Made by a program: the position numbers and the translations under genes. Shown one piece after another: positions 1 to 8,959 of a stretch of 64,000 bases of DNA. Within the stretch, counting starts at the first letter, position 1; each line of letters opens with the position of its first letter. The DNA comes from a virus (Duplodnaviria; Caudoviricetes): the IMG/VR virus record IMGVR_UViG_3300025078_000002, positions 10,830-74,829 of that record; one strand, 5' to 3'. The notes below the pieces were generated by a model. It searched no databases. It saw only the letters and a list, made by a program, of their open reading frames with translations, and was not told the DNA's origin.

Positions 1-20
1 GTTATAGAAGGAATATTATA

Positions 21-470
21 ATGAAAAAGATTTATCTTGCAAGTGGTTGGTTCAACCCAGTCCAAGCAGAAGAACTTACTAACTTAGAAGACATTTTTGA
101 TGAAAGGAATGATTATTTTGATTTAGCGTCGCCAAGAAGGATTTTTGTTTGCCCACCTAGTGCCTCTAAAGAGGTTCAAGATGCTACTTTCGAGGGGAAT
201 TTACATCATATTCAAACAGCAGATTTTTTGCTTGTTAATACACGAGACAAGGATATCGGGACTATTTGGGAAACTGGTTACGCATACGCATTTGATAAGC
301 CTATTATTTATTTTTGTGCAGGCTTGCCTAAAGGCGCTAAGTTTAATCTAATGTTAGCAAGAAGTGGTATTAAAGTTTGTACTTCTTTTGTTGAGCTAGA
401 AGATTATCTAGATAGAGTTATTAAAAAGGGCGAACTCATAGAAGAGCCATACACAGATGCCATCGAATGA
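21..470 (+). CDS. Nucleoside 2-deoxyribosyltransferase-family protein (nucleotide N-glycosidase-like)
   Basis: N-terminal IYLASGWF and D-x-G-T-x-x-E-x-G-x-A-x-A-x-x-K-P motif (DIGTIWETGYAYAFDKP). Confidence 0.8.
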   Translation: MKKIYLASGWFNPVQAEELTNLEDIFDERNDYFDLASPRRIFVCPPSASKEVQDATFEGNLHHIQTADFLLVNTRDKDIGTIWETGYAYAFDKPIIYFCAGLPKGAKFNLMLARSGIKVCTSFVELEDYLDRVIKKGELIEEPYTDAIE

Positions 471-723
471 CACAGAAAAATTTTGGTCATTTAAAGATAC
501 CAAAACACATAAAAGTGTTACATGTATAAGTAATGTTAACGTAGTAAGAACTTTTTTGTTTAACAGAAGTTTTCTTGTTAGAATAAGACAGGGCAAAGAA
601 ACAAAATACGTTATACCATACAAATACACATCAGTAAAATGGCCTAATGGTTTCTATACAGGCATAAGTGATAATTTATTAGTAATGTTTACTGATGACG
701 AAATAAAGGACGTAGTGAACTAA
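457..723 (+). CDS. Hypothetical protein
   Basis: 88-aa ORF overlapping the upstream stop, in a run of + strand genes. Confidence 0.5.
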   Translation: MPSNDTEKFWSFKDTKTHKSVTCISNVNVVRTFLFNRSFLVRIRQGKETKYVIPYKYTSVKWPNGFYTGISDNLLVMFTDDEIKDVVN

Positions 724-724
724 A

Positions 725-934
725 ATGAATTTAAAATATGAAAAAATATTTAAAAACTGGTCTTTTCATAATATTATTGCGCATCCTTTAATGCAATTCT
801 TACAATGGGCAGGAAAGAATGATTTGGCAAACAAAGTTCACGATTCTACTTTACCTGAGAGTGTTGAAGAAGAACCACCTGCAGCTAATACAGAATTAGA
901 TGATCCTGAAGCTTATAGAATTTTAAAAGATTGA
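725..934 (+). CDS. Hypothetical protein
   Basis: 69-aa ORF, tightly packed; HNIIAHPLM motif. Confidence 0.6.
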   Translation: MNLKYEKIFKNWSFHNIIAHPLMQFLQWAGKNDLANKVHDSTLPESVEEEPPAANTELDDPEAYRILKD

Positions 935-1140
935 GTAATAAGGCTGAAAATGATATTGGTTTAAACATTAACGTTGGCCATGTTATAAACTACAATTTTT
1001 TATATTCAAATGAAGAAGAAAAAATAGGATTAGTTATAGACATAAAAAAAGATAGAAACTTTTATGCTATGATTTACGTTCTATCAAACAATGAAATAGA
1101 TGTCATACCTTATAATATAATAACGTATAAAGTAATTTAA
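931..1140 (+). CDS. Small hypothetical protein, possible KOW/SH3-like barrel
   Basis: INVGHVINY...KIGLVIDIK pattern; TTG start overlapping the previous stop. Confidence 0.5.
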   Translation: MSNKAENDIGLNINVGHVINYNFLYSNEEEKIGLVIDIKKDRNFYAMIYVLSNNEIDVIPYNIITYKVI

Positions 1141-1142
1141 AA

Positions 1143-1472
1143 GTGTTTTTTAAGATAAATAACAGTTTTTTCTTGGATGAAGAAGATATTGGTAATCTTG
1201 TATGTGTAAAAATTCATCAACATTACTATAATTCAATAGATATATATGATAATTGTTTAGTGATTGACGCCATTTATACAGATAGCAATATTAGGCCGAG
1301 TCAAATAGTATTTTTAAAAGAATCCGGTTTTATATTGAAACTTAATATGAATTATAATTCAAGTATAGAAGTTAAAAATTTATCTAGTATAAAAGAATTG
1401 AAAAGCAAAAATGATAAAAATAGGTTCTTTGATAAATATGAAAGACATTACAGCAGACAAAGAAATCAATAA
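1143..1472 (+). CDS. Hypothetical protein
   Basis: 109-aa ORF (GTG start); DIGNLVCV pattern. Confidence 0.5.
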   Translation: MFFKINNSFFLDEEDIGNLVCVKIHQHYYNSIDIYDNCLVIDAIYTDSNIRPSQIVFLKESGFILKLNMNYNSSIEVKNLSSIKELKSKNDKNRFFDKYERHYSRQRNQ

Positions 1473-1596
1473 TGTCATTGTCTTGAATAAAAAAAAGACG
1501 TATTCTAATGCGATTAGAGACTATTATGTTTATGAATTGCTATATGACAACGTAGTTTATAAAAACGTTGATATGACGAAGTATAAGGTGATATAA
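1411..1596 (+). CDS. Small hypothetical protein, possible KOW/SH3-like barrel
   Basis: MIKIGSLINM start; ends YKVI like ORF 931-1140. Confidence 0.55.
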   Translation: MIKIGSLINMKDITADKEINNVIVLNKKKTYSNAIRDYYVYELLYDNVVYKNVDMTKYKVI

Positions 1597-1598
1597 AA

Positions 1599-1841
1599 AT
1601 GGAAAAGTATAGTTCATATAAGAGCGGTTTAAAAATAGGAGACTACGTTCATTACGAATACAATTGTATTTTTGCTTCTTTTGTTGAGAGAAGTTTGATT
1701 TTAGATAGAAAGCATCTTTTTACAAAAGAGACTAGATGGGGAGAACGAAGTTTTTTTGAATATTCTGTATATAACAATGGGAACGTAAAAAAAATAAGAA
1801 CACAAGATATGAGAATTATAAATCGTGAAAGGACAAGCTAA
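1599..1841 (+). CDS. Small hypothetical protein, possible KOW/SH3-like barrel
   Basis: LKIGDYVHY motif. Confidence 0.55.
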   Translation: MEKYSSYKSGLKIGDYVHYEYNCIFASFVERSLILDRKHLFTKETRWGERSFFEYSVYNNGNVKKIRTQDMRIINRERTS

Positions 1842-1842
1842 A

Positions 1843-2832
1843 ATGAGAATTGCAATAACTGGTGAAAAAGGTTTTATCGCTAGCAACTTATCAAATAAAA
1901 TTAATAAATTTAGTCATGAATTTGTATCGTTAGATGAAAGCAAATATTCAGAAGGCTATGAAACTACTGAGAGTGGTGAAGTATGTGTGTATAGTAATAG
2001 CATCGAAAAATGGTCACAGCTTCTTTCAGACTTAGATGTTGATGTTGTTATACATAATGCTGCTGTTGTAGGAACTGATGTTGTTGCGTTAAACCCGGAG
2101 CATGCAATATCAACTAATGTGTTAGGAACACACATTATAACTGAGGCAGCTAATAATACGAATACAAAGATTGTGTATATAGGGACAACAGTTATATATG
2201 ATACGTATCTTTATCAAGAAAATGAAATCTATGAGGACAGCACAATATATCCTAGAACAAATTATGCTGTTCAAAAATATGCTGGCGAAATGACTGTTAA
2301 GAATAATGCAAAAAACTGGTTAGTAGTTAGACCGTTATTTGCTTATGGTGGTGTAGGAGATATGAATTCACTTATATCAAAGTCATTATTTTGTATACAT
2401 AATAATATAAATAATATAGATATGTTTTTAAATCCTGAAAAGATAAAGGATTATATGCATGTTGAAGATTTTTGTAGTAGTGTTATGGATTTAATTGTAA
2501 ACGATATTAGTTATGAAGATTTCAACATTACAGCAGAGAATCCTTATAACACGTTAGAAATAGTTAGTTTAATTGAAGAAGTGACTAGTAGAAGTTTAGA
2601 GTCAGTTATTAAGTGGCACCCTGAAACTGATTACTTGGGAAACCATAGATTAAGTAACGATAAATTTCTAGACGTTATAGGGAAAAGTAGAACTAGAAGT
2701 CTTAAGGAAGGAATAAGACAATCTTGGGAGTCAATAAAAGAAATGGATAAATTTAATAAGTTTAATCCACTTAAACATTTAACAGAAGCAAAAGATAAAA
2801 ACATTGATTTGAAGATGTTTTTCCCTAAGTGA
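1843..2832 (+). CDS. NAD-dependent epimerase/dehydratase (extended SDR)
   Basis: MRIAITGEKGFIA Rossmann motif, VIHNAA, YxxxK (YAVQK), VVRP, KDYMHVEDF; start taken at ATG 1843 behind AAGGA. Confidence 0.9.
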   Translation: MRIAITGEKGFIASNLSNKINKFSHEFVSLDESKYSEGYETTESGEVCVYSNSIEKWSQLLSDLDVDVVIHNAAVVGTDVVALNPEHAISTNVLGTHIITEAANNTNTKIVYIGTTVIYDTYLYQENEIYEDSTIYPRTNYAVQKYAGEMTVKNNAKNWLVVRPLFAYGGVGDMNSLISKSLFCIHNNINNIDMFLNPEKIKDYMHVEDFCSSVMDLIVNDISYEDFNITAENPYNTLEIVSLIEEVTSRSLESVIKWHPETDYLGNHRLSNDKFLDVIGKSRTRSLKEGIRQSWESIKEMDKFNKFNPLKHLTEAKDKNIDLKMFFPK

Positions 2833-2867
2833 ATTAGACTCAACCTGTAAACTAATCGCATTGTTAG

Positions 2868-2891
2868 ATACTTACTCTTAAAGGAGTAAGT
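2868..2891 (+). promoter_or_regulatory. ATACTTA box plus hairpin sequestering the SD of the downstream endonuclease
   Basis: ACTTACTC (2870-2877) pairs with GAGTAAGT (2884-2891) over AAGGAG; ATACTTA at 2868-2874. Confidence 0.6.
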
Positions 2892-2892
2892 T

Positions 2893-3660
2893 ATGGTTAG
2901 AAAAAGTACACAAGTAACATTGATATGCACAAATTGTGCTTGCGAATATAAAAAACTTGCATCAAGAGCAGAAAAATCAAAGTTTTGTTCTAAGTTATGC
3001 AAAGATAAAAAGTCAATACAATATAAGATTGAAAAATGTGTTAGCTGTCAAGAGGAGTTTAAATCTAAAAGAGGAAAGAAATATTGTTCTAGAGACTGTT
3101 ATATCAAAGAGCACAAGCATGAAAGAATGGATTTGACTTGTGACTACTGCGGCGATGTTTATCAAAAACCTGTTGGTAAACCTACGAAATATTGTGGTAA
3201 GCAATGTCAGTATAAGGCTCAAAGCAGCGGTTTACATGAAATACCTTCAAATGGTAGGTTAGGTTTTAGATATGATTTGCCGAGCAATTACTTTTTTAAG
3301 TCATCTTTAGAGGCAGACTATGCGAGATGGTGTGAAGCTACAAAAAAACCTTATGTTTATGAGCATAAAACATTTACAGTTCAATATGATGGAAGAGACA
3401 AGCAGTATACACCGGACTTTTATCATCCCGATGAGGATAGATATGTAGAGTTAAAAGCAATAAGAAGAGATAGGAAGTTTAATTCTAATCTTCTAGCTGC
3501 AGATATTTTAAAGCAGCAAGGGCTTAATATCGATGTGTTGTTAATGCATGAATTTTATAAAATAATAAAACAAAGTGGTCATTATTGGACAGTTGACAAT
3601 ATAGAAAACAAAAATTATCATGGAACAAGAAGACTTATATATCTTAAGAAAACACAGTAA
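2893..3660 (+). CDS. Free-standing PD-(D/E)xK endonuclease with N-terminal Cys-rich zinc-binding repeats (putative homing endonuclease)
   Basis: Repeated CxxC...YCSxxC units, then FKSSLEADYAR, YEHKTF, YTPDFY...YVELK. Confidence 0.75.
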   Translation: MVRKSTQVTLICTNCACEYKKLASRAEKSKFCSKLCKDKKSIQYKIEKCVSCQEEFKSKRGKKYCSRDCYIKEHKHERMDLTCDYCGDVYQKPVGKPTKYCGKQCQYKAQSSGLHEIPSNGRLGFRYDLPSNYFFKSSLEADYARWCEATKKPYVYEHKTFTVQYDGRDKQYTPDFYHPDEDRYVELKAIRRDRKFNSNLLAADILKQQGLNIDVLLMHEFYKIIKQSGHYWTVDNIENKNYHGTRRLIYLKKTQ

Positions 3661-4831
3661 AGGATTCGCGGCGTTAACTATAGTTTTGTTGGCTGCAGTC
3701 TTATCTATACTGTCATACATAGTAATACAATACGGAAGGATTTCTCTTAATGTTGTTGAAGAAAAACAAAGTTTAGATTCGTGTAGCGTGGGAGTAGGAA
3801 GAAGTATTATCAGCACAAACGATATTGAGAGTATTTGTTCTAGTGGTTTTTTGAATAGCTGTAGTGGTTTTTTGAACATGCCTGTGCCGAACATGAGTTG
3901 TGTTGACGAAGGATTAGAGTGTGATGGTGTAGGTATATGTGAAAGAGTTTTTACTATATCATCTACGTACAATCCTGGTCGTGGAGAAGTTTCCAAGGAT
4001 GTTGTAGTTAAAGTCAAGGAAGAAGAGCATGATGTGAGTATTGTAGACGCTGCTGTAATAATGTTGCTTGATTTTAGTGGTTCTATGAATGGAAATAGAA
4101 TTACACAGTTAAAAGACACAGTAAGGTCATTTATAGATTCTGATTATAATCTAAGTTACTCTGTTATTCTTTATAATAGCGACATTATAACAACATCAAA
4201 TATTGGAAAAGGTCAGCAACACAAGCAATCTATACACACTATAATTAACAGCAATAATCCTGGCGGTGGGACAAATTTTGTAAAGCCTTTGAACGAAGCA
4301 TTAAATCAAATACAAACTAGCAATTACGAAGTATACTACATACTTTTGATAAGTGACGGCTCACCAAACGAAGGTATAGACTCTTCGCAAAACTTTGTTC
4401 AAAATAACGTATTAAGCTTGAACAATGATGCATGTTTATTTACTACATCACAAAATCCTTGTATTACAGTATATACTTTGGGTGTTGACAATGCAAACCA
4501 GAGTGCTTTGCAAAGTATAAGTGGAAATACTCTTAGTCAAAATCCAGAAGAGTATAGTTATGCAGTCAATGCTAATCAAGTGCAATTAGCATTTCAAGCT
4601 ATTATAGAAGAGATAATGTGTAGAATAGGACCGGTTTTAGCTGAGTTACCTATTAACGTATTTAATGGTTTAGACTTGTTAGATGAAAACATTGATTATG
4701 TATATAATGAAGATACAAAAGTGTTTAAGTTTTATGATGTTGATCCATTTTATATCTGTACTGAAATGTTGAATGATAGTGCACAATTAACTTTAAGATG
4801 GGGAGACGTGAATTTAAATGTTAGCGAGTAA
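3620..4831 (+). CDS. VWA-domain protein with TadG/pseudopilin-like N-terminal membrane anchor
   Basis: KG|FAALTIVLLAAVLSIL hydrophobic helix; MIDAS DFSGS, GGGTNF, ISDG. Confidence 0.75.
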   Translation: MEQEDLYILRKHSKGFAALTIVLLAAVLSILSYIVIQYGRISLNVVEEKQSLDSCSVGVGRSIISTNDIESICSSGFLNSCSGFLNMPVPNMSCVDEGLECDGVGICERVFTISSTYNPGRGEVSKDVVVKVKEEEHDVSIVDAAVIMLLDFSGSMNGNRITQLKDTVRSFIDSDYNLSYSVILYNSDIITTSNIGKGQQHKQSIHTIINSNNPGGGTNFVKPLNEALNQIQTSNYEVYYILLISDGSPNEGIDSSQNFVQNNVLSLNNDACLFTTSQNPCITVYTLGVDNANQSALQSISGNTLSQNPEEYSYAVNANQVQLAFQAIIEEIMCRIGPVLAELPINVFNGLDLLDENIDYVYNEDTKVFKFYDVDPFYICTEMLNDSAQLTLRWGDVNLNVSE

Positions 4832-5057
4832 TGAAAACAAACAAGAAGAGATACGATTTGTATCACAGTTAAACAAAGGTGATATTATCAATGTATTTTA
4901 TCACGGAATGTGTATTAAAGAAAACTGCTTAATTGTAGAGACTATTCAAGATCACTACTTTGTTAACGGGTTGATTGTTTACCTGAATGGTTTACAAAAA
5001 GAAACTATTGATTTAGAGAATAATGACGGATTGTGGGTTACTAAGGCTGAAGTTTAG
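4818..5057 (+). CDS. Small hypothetical protein, possible KOW/SH3-like barrel
   Basis: LNKGDIINV motif. Confidence 0.55.
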   Translation: MLASNENKQEEIRFVSQLNKGDIINVFYHGMCIKENCLIVETIQDHYFVNGLIVYLNGLQKETIDLENNDGLWVTKAEV

Positions 5058-5146
5058 CCTATTCCATGCTTTGATGCATTCTTTAAATAATTGTATGCTC
5101 TTGGTAATTTTTTCTTAAGATTTTCACCATCAGAATAATATTCTAA
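5054..5146 (-). pseudogene. Orphan 3' gene fragment (LEYYSDGENLKKKLPRAYNYLKNASKHGIG*)
   Basis: 30-codon open stretch with no start, directly after the stop of the 5160-7925 gene; protein-like composition. Confidence 0.3.
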
Positions 5147-5159
5147 TCATATCTGGATT

Positions 5160-7925
5160 TTAAGACAGAATTAAAGAAATGTATTTTTTAATTAGCGTCT
5201 CATTTGATTCTTGCGGATCTTGCGAGTTTTGTTTTTGTAGAAGTAGATGTCTAGTCTCACTAATTAATTTAAGTATAGATCCTTTACCAAACATTTTTTC
5301 TATATAATCTATTACAATTTTAATACCTTCGTCAGGTAAATATAAATTGGCGTCAGGTGCAAGTGTTACAGCATAATTGACGCTTCGATGTATGCCCTTA
5401 GCAATTTTAAGAACTTGCCGCTGACTCATCCCACTAAAAAACAATGATAGCAGACTAGAATTATTTGCAACCCGTTCAAATAAATCGTTGTCACCTTCTG
5501 TATAATGTATTCTACCTAGTTCTAAACTATTCATGTGAGCTTCTGGTATTGTTTTTAGCAGAGCAATAGTCTCAAGATATTGTTCTACACCTTTCGAAGA
5601 TCTTAACAAAAGCATTAAAAGATCATTAAAATGTTTTTTGCTGTTTGGTTTGATATCAATATAACTAAAACAAGCTTCACATAAAGAGATGAGTGTCTGA
5701 AATGGTAGCTTTATTTCATAACTAATCCATCTTAAATACATTTGGAGATTGCTAATATCTGGAGGAATATCACCTGAAATTATTCCTGAAACTAATGCTT
5801 CAGCGTATTCTTTGTTCTTTGTTTCAACTTTTCTATTATTTTTAAGTATTAATCGGGTTTCTGCAGGCGTTTGTGATTGCTTGAGTTCATCAATTAAAGG
5901 ACTCCAATTGTTTGCAGTGTCAAGCTTTTGATTAATAAATTGGTGGTATTTCTGGTTTGTAATCTGCCTTTTAATGTTTTCATCTCTAATGTCTAATAAA
6001 TTTTGTTCAACACCCTGTCTAGCTTTTGTGCCTAATCTATCGATGTCTTCAAAAATTATATCAATTATTTTATTTAAAAGATCAATTCTTACACAGCTTA
6101 TTATTTCATTCTGGAATAAGGTAAAAACACCACGAGTCATATTGTCAATAGATCCTGCAATTTGTGCTGAAGAAATCGTATCAAGCTCTTCAAACAGAAA
6201 CTGCTGAATTTCAGGTAATTCTGTAAAGTATTTTCTTTCCCAAGGAAGCTTGCAAATTGCTGTTTTATAGTCTTTGTTTTTTGTCGGAAAGTAAAAAGTA
6301 AGCATTTTTATTAAAACATCAAGTATATCTTGGCCAGTAAGATTATCTAAGCGACTTCGATATCTTGCTAATTGAGCAACTTGATACAATTCTACGTTCA
6401 TCATTAAACGACTATTGTCAAGACTGTTTAACTTATTTAGAGACTTTCTAGAAAATAACATATCATTTACAGATAAGTGGCCGCCATATTGTATGTTACG
6501 AAAAACTAACATACCATAGCTGACTTTGTCTGCATTTTCTATGTAAATATCAATAAACCTTTCGAAATCTTTTTTTGTAACACTTTGCTTGTTTATTGGA
6601 GAAGTTATTACATCTAAAAATCTTGGAAAATAATAATTAACGTCATTGTCTGTGAAATAGTTTATTTTTTTACAAAGTTCAGTTATTAAGTTTAAGCATT
6701 CTAAGTGAATATTTTCTATGTTGTTTTGGTCAACTTTAAAGGCTTGTAATGGATTACCACCTGTGCCAACAGCTTTATTTATTTTGTTTTTTGTATTTGA
6801 AAATAAAACGTGGTTAATAAACATACTTTCTATTTTTAAGTTATCATTAACAACTAAGTCATAAACCTTTTGTATTGTTTCGTATGTTAGCTCAGGAGAG
6901 TCTGCAACTTTATTGATTTCATTGCACCAATAAAGTGTAGGCAAAAGTCCTTCTACACTTTGTAGTTGATCTTGTTTAAAGTCTTCTTCGTCAACATCGT
7001 TTTCTTGCGCAATATCATTTAGCGTTTCAAAGTCTATGTCTAGTGCTAGCTTTTGGTCTGGAAAAAAACTCGAAACATTTGAATGCCATTCTACTTCTTT
7101 ACCTACAACTCTACCTAATTCTACAACTTTTGCTTTTCTTTGAGGATTGTAAACAACGCAAACAGGTCCGTCATGGTCACCTCTAAATATAATACCGTCT
7201 ATGACAGAAGTTAAATACTTGGGTGTATAATTACCCATGACGTATTTAGTAAAAGAAAAAGCAGAAGATGAAGTTAGATTTTTATTGTTAGGATCGTCCA
7301 CTAAATAACTAGTCCCATTTATTCGTTGTGTTAATGGAGTGCAATATTGTTTTAAGTCTTCTTTTGTTTTCGCAAATAATTCGTCTTTTGCAAGAGAAGA
7401 AAACTTTTCATCAAACAACTTTTCTATCTGGTCTTCTAGCTTCCATTTATCACCGTGAATTTGTTTAGCCAAATCTTCAAAAAATATAATATAATTGCTA
7501 ATGTCAACTTCAAATTTAAAACATATATCCCCATACAAATGAACAATAGAAGGGTTAAAATCGTAACATGTATATAATCCTGGGCCGTACATATCTCCGT
7601 GGCCAGGTGTAAACCCAGTTCCCACTGTATATGGGTCTGATAGCAGTTCTGTAATTCCTTGAAACTCTATATCGCTTTTACTTTGCTTGGTTACACCACT
7701 CATGGCTTTATCATAAGTAACTCTATTAATAATGTTTCTAGCACGATCTTTGACTTTTCTTGGCTTGCTAGGCTTAAAAGGTTTTTCTGTATCTTTTACA
7801 TAAGACGAGTAATCTTTAAACTTTTTTGCACCTGTTAAGTGATAAACTGAAAGCTTGTTTCCTCTTAGCTCTATTCCTTTATTTTCTTTAATAAGAAAAT
7901 TTTCTTTTAAACTGTACTTTGTCAT
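5160..7925 (-). CDS. Large leader-bearing protein with N-terminal PARP/ADP-ribosyltransferase-like domain
   Basis: YHLT...GDMYGPGLYTC...YG (cf. PARP GxMFGxGIYF); paralog of 52106-54919; start moved to MTKYSLKENFLIKEN. Confidence 0.6.
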   Translation of the reverse strand: MTKYSLKENFLIKENKGIELRGNKLSVYHLTGAKKFKDYSSYVKDTEKPFKPSKPRKVKDRARNIINRVTYDKAMSGVTKQSKSDIEFQGITELLSDPYTVGTGFTPGHGDMYGPGLYTCYDFNPSIVHLYGDICFKFEVDISNYIIFFEDLAKQIHGDKWKLEDQIEKLFDEKFSSLAKDELFAKTKEDLKQYCTPLTQRINGTSYLVDDPNNKNLTSSSAFSFTKYVMGNYTPKYLTSVIDGIIFRGDHDGPVCVVYNPQRKAKVVELGRVVGKEVEWHSNVSSFFPDQKLALDIDFETLNDIAQENDVDEEDFKQDQLQSVEGLLPTLYWCNEINKVADSPELTYETIQKVYDLVVNDNLKIESMFINHVLFSNTKNKINKAVGTGGNPLQAFKVDQNNIENIHLECLNLITELCKKINYFTDNDVNYYFPRFLDVITSPINKQSVTKKDFERFIDIYIENADKVSYGMLVFRNIQYGGHLSVNDMLFSRKSLNKLNSLDNSRLMMNVELYQVAQLARYRSRLDNLTGQDILDVLIKMLTFYFPTKNKDYKTAICKLPWERKYFTELPEIQQFLFEELDTISSAQIAGSIDNMTRGVFTLFQNEIISCVRIDLLNKIIDIIFEDIDRLGTKARQGVEQNLLDIRDENIKRQITNQKYHQFINQKLDTANNWSPLIDELKQSQTPAETRLILKNNRKVETKNKEYAEALVSGIISGDIPPDISNLQMYLRWISYEIKLPFQTLISLCEACFSYIDIKPNSKKHFNDLLMLLLRSSKGVEQYLETIALLKTIPEAHMNSLELGRIHYTEGDNDLFERVANNSSLLSLFFSGMSQRQVLKIAKGIHRSVNYAVTLAPDANLYLPDEGIKIVIDYIEKMFGKGSILKLISETRHLLLQKQNSQDPQESNETLIKKYISLILS

Positions 7926-7949
7926 TATAAGCCTTGTTATATCTTTTAT

Positions 7950-7979
7950 GTGTAAATATAAATATAATGTTGTTATAAT
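7950..7979 (+). promoter_or_regulatory. Putative promoter GTGTAA-N18-TATAAT for dnaE
   Basis: Exact motif, repeated at several intergenic sites in the window. Confidence 0.65.
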
Positions 7980-8005
7980 AAATAAAAACAAGAAAGGTAT
8001 ATAAT

Positions 8006-8923
8006 TTGTCTATTGATTTAATAACTCCACCAGACAGGTTTGTTTCTCTTCATTCTCACTCAACTTTTAGCACTTTTGATGGATTAGGTTACCCATCAGA
8101 TCATATAGACTTCGTACTTTCTGAATCACAAGGTATGGATGCCTGGGCGTTAACAGATCACGGTAATGGTAACGGTCTTGCTCACGCACACTCGCACGCT
8201 GTCAAAATGCAAAAGGCTGGGAAAAAGTTTAGACAAATCTACGGAGTCGAATTCTATTTTGTTCCCTCACTAGATCAATGGACTAATGACTACGCAGCTC
8301 ATAAACAAGCAATTAAAGATGCTAAAACAGCAGCAGCTGCTGAAAAGAAAAGTAAAGAAAAAATCATCATTGATGCTGATGATGAAAGCGGTGGTCTTGT
8401 TATAGAGGATGAAGATGAATCCAAAAAGATTGATATCCTTAAAGACGAATGGAAACGTCGCTATCACTTAGTCGTCACAGCAAGAAATAGAAAAGGCCTT
8501 AATAACCTATTCACTCTTGTAAAGAAGTCATATAAAGACGGCTTCTATAGATACCCACGCATTGACTTTAAAATGCTTAAAGAACACGGCGAAGGCTTAC
8601 ACGTAAATTCTGCATGTTTACACCCAGACACATCTTTACAGACGTCAGCTGGAAGTTTATCTATTAAAGAAGTTGTAGAAAGATTTAACAAAGGTGAAGA
8701 AATTCAAATTCTTTCTTACAATGAATATACTAGCAAAGCTGAGTTTAAAAAAATTATTTGGGGTGATAAAACACGAAAGAATGCTAAGCTATTAAGAATT
8801 AAAGACAAAGATGGGAATGAAATTAAACTTACTCCTGATCATCGTGTCCTTGTTAAGGTCAAAGGTTGGATTGATGCGAAAGATATTATAGCAGGAGACA
8901 AAATTATCAATATAAACCTCTAA
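8006..8923 (+). CDS. dnaE: DNA polymerase III alpha part 1 (PHP domain) fused to N-intein 1
   Basis: LHSHSTFSTFDG, ALTDHG, YGVEFY, HLVVTARN; extein ends VNSA before intein Cys1. Confidence 0.92.
   Translation: MSIDLITPPDRFVSLHSHSTFSTFDGLGYPSDHIDFVLSESQGMDAWALTDHGNGNGLAHAHSHAVKMQKAGKKFRQIYGVEFYFVPSLDQWTNDYAAHKQAIKDAKTAAAAEKKSKEKIIIDADDESGGLVIEDEDESKKIDILKDEWKRRYHLVVTARNRKGLNNLFTLVKKSYKDGFYRYPRIDFKMLKEHGEGLHVNSACLHPDTSLQTSAGSLSIKEVVERFNKGEEIQILSYNEYTSKAEFKKIIWGDKTRKNAKLLRIKDKDGNEIKLTPDHRVLVKVKGWIDAKDIIAGDKIININL
8615..8920 (+). mobile_element. Split intein 1, N-half (102 aa)
   Basis: CLHPDTSL block A, LTPDHRV block B, WIDAKDI..GD, then stop. Confidence 0.9.
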
Positions 8924-8951
8924 GACAATATACTTAGTATTGTCTAGGAGG
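8917..8951 (+). promoter_or_regulatory. SD-sequestering hairpin with ATACTTA in the loop
   Basis: AGACAATA (8923-30) pairs with TATTGTCT (8938-45), and CCTC with GAGG; ATACTTA at 8930-8936. Confidence 0.65.
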
Positions 8952-8959
8952 CAGTTATT

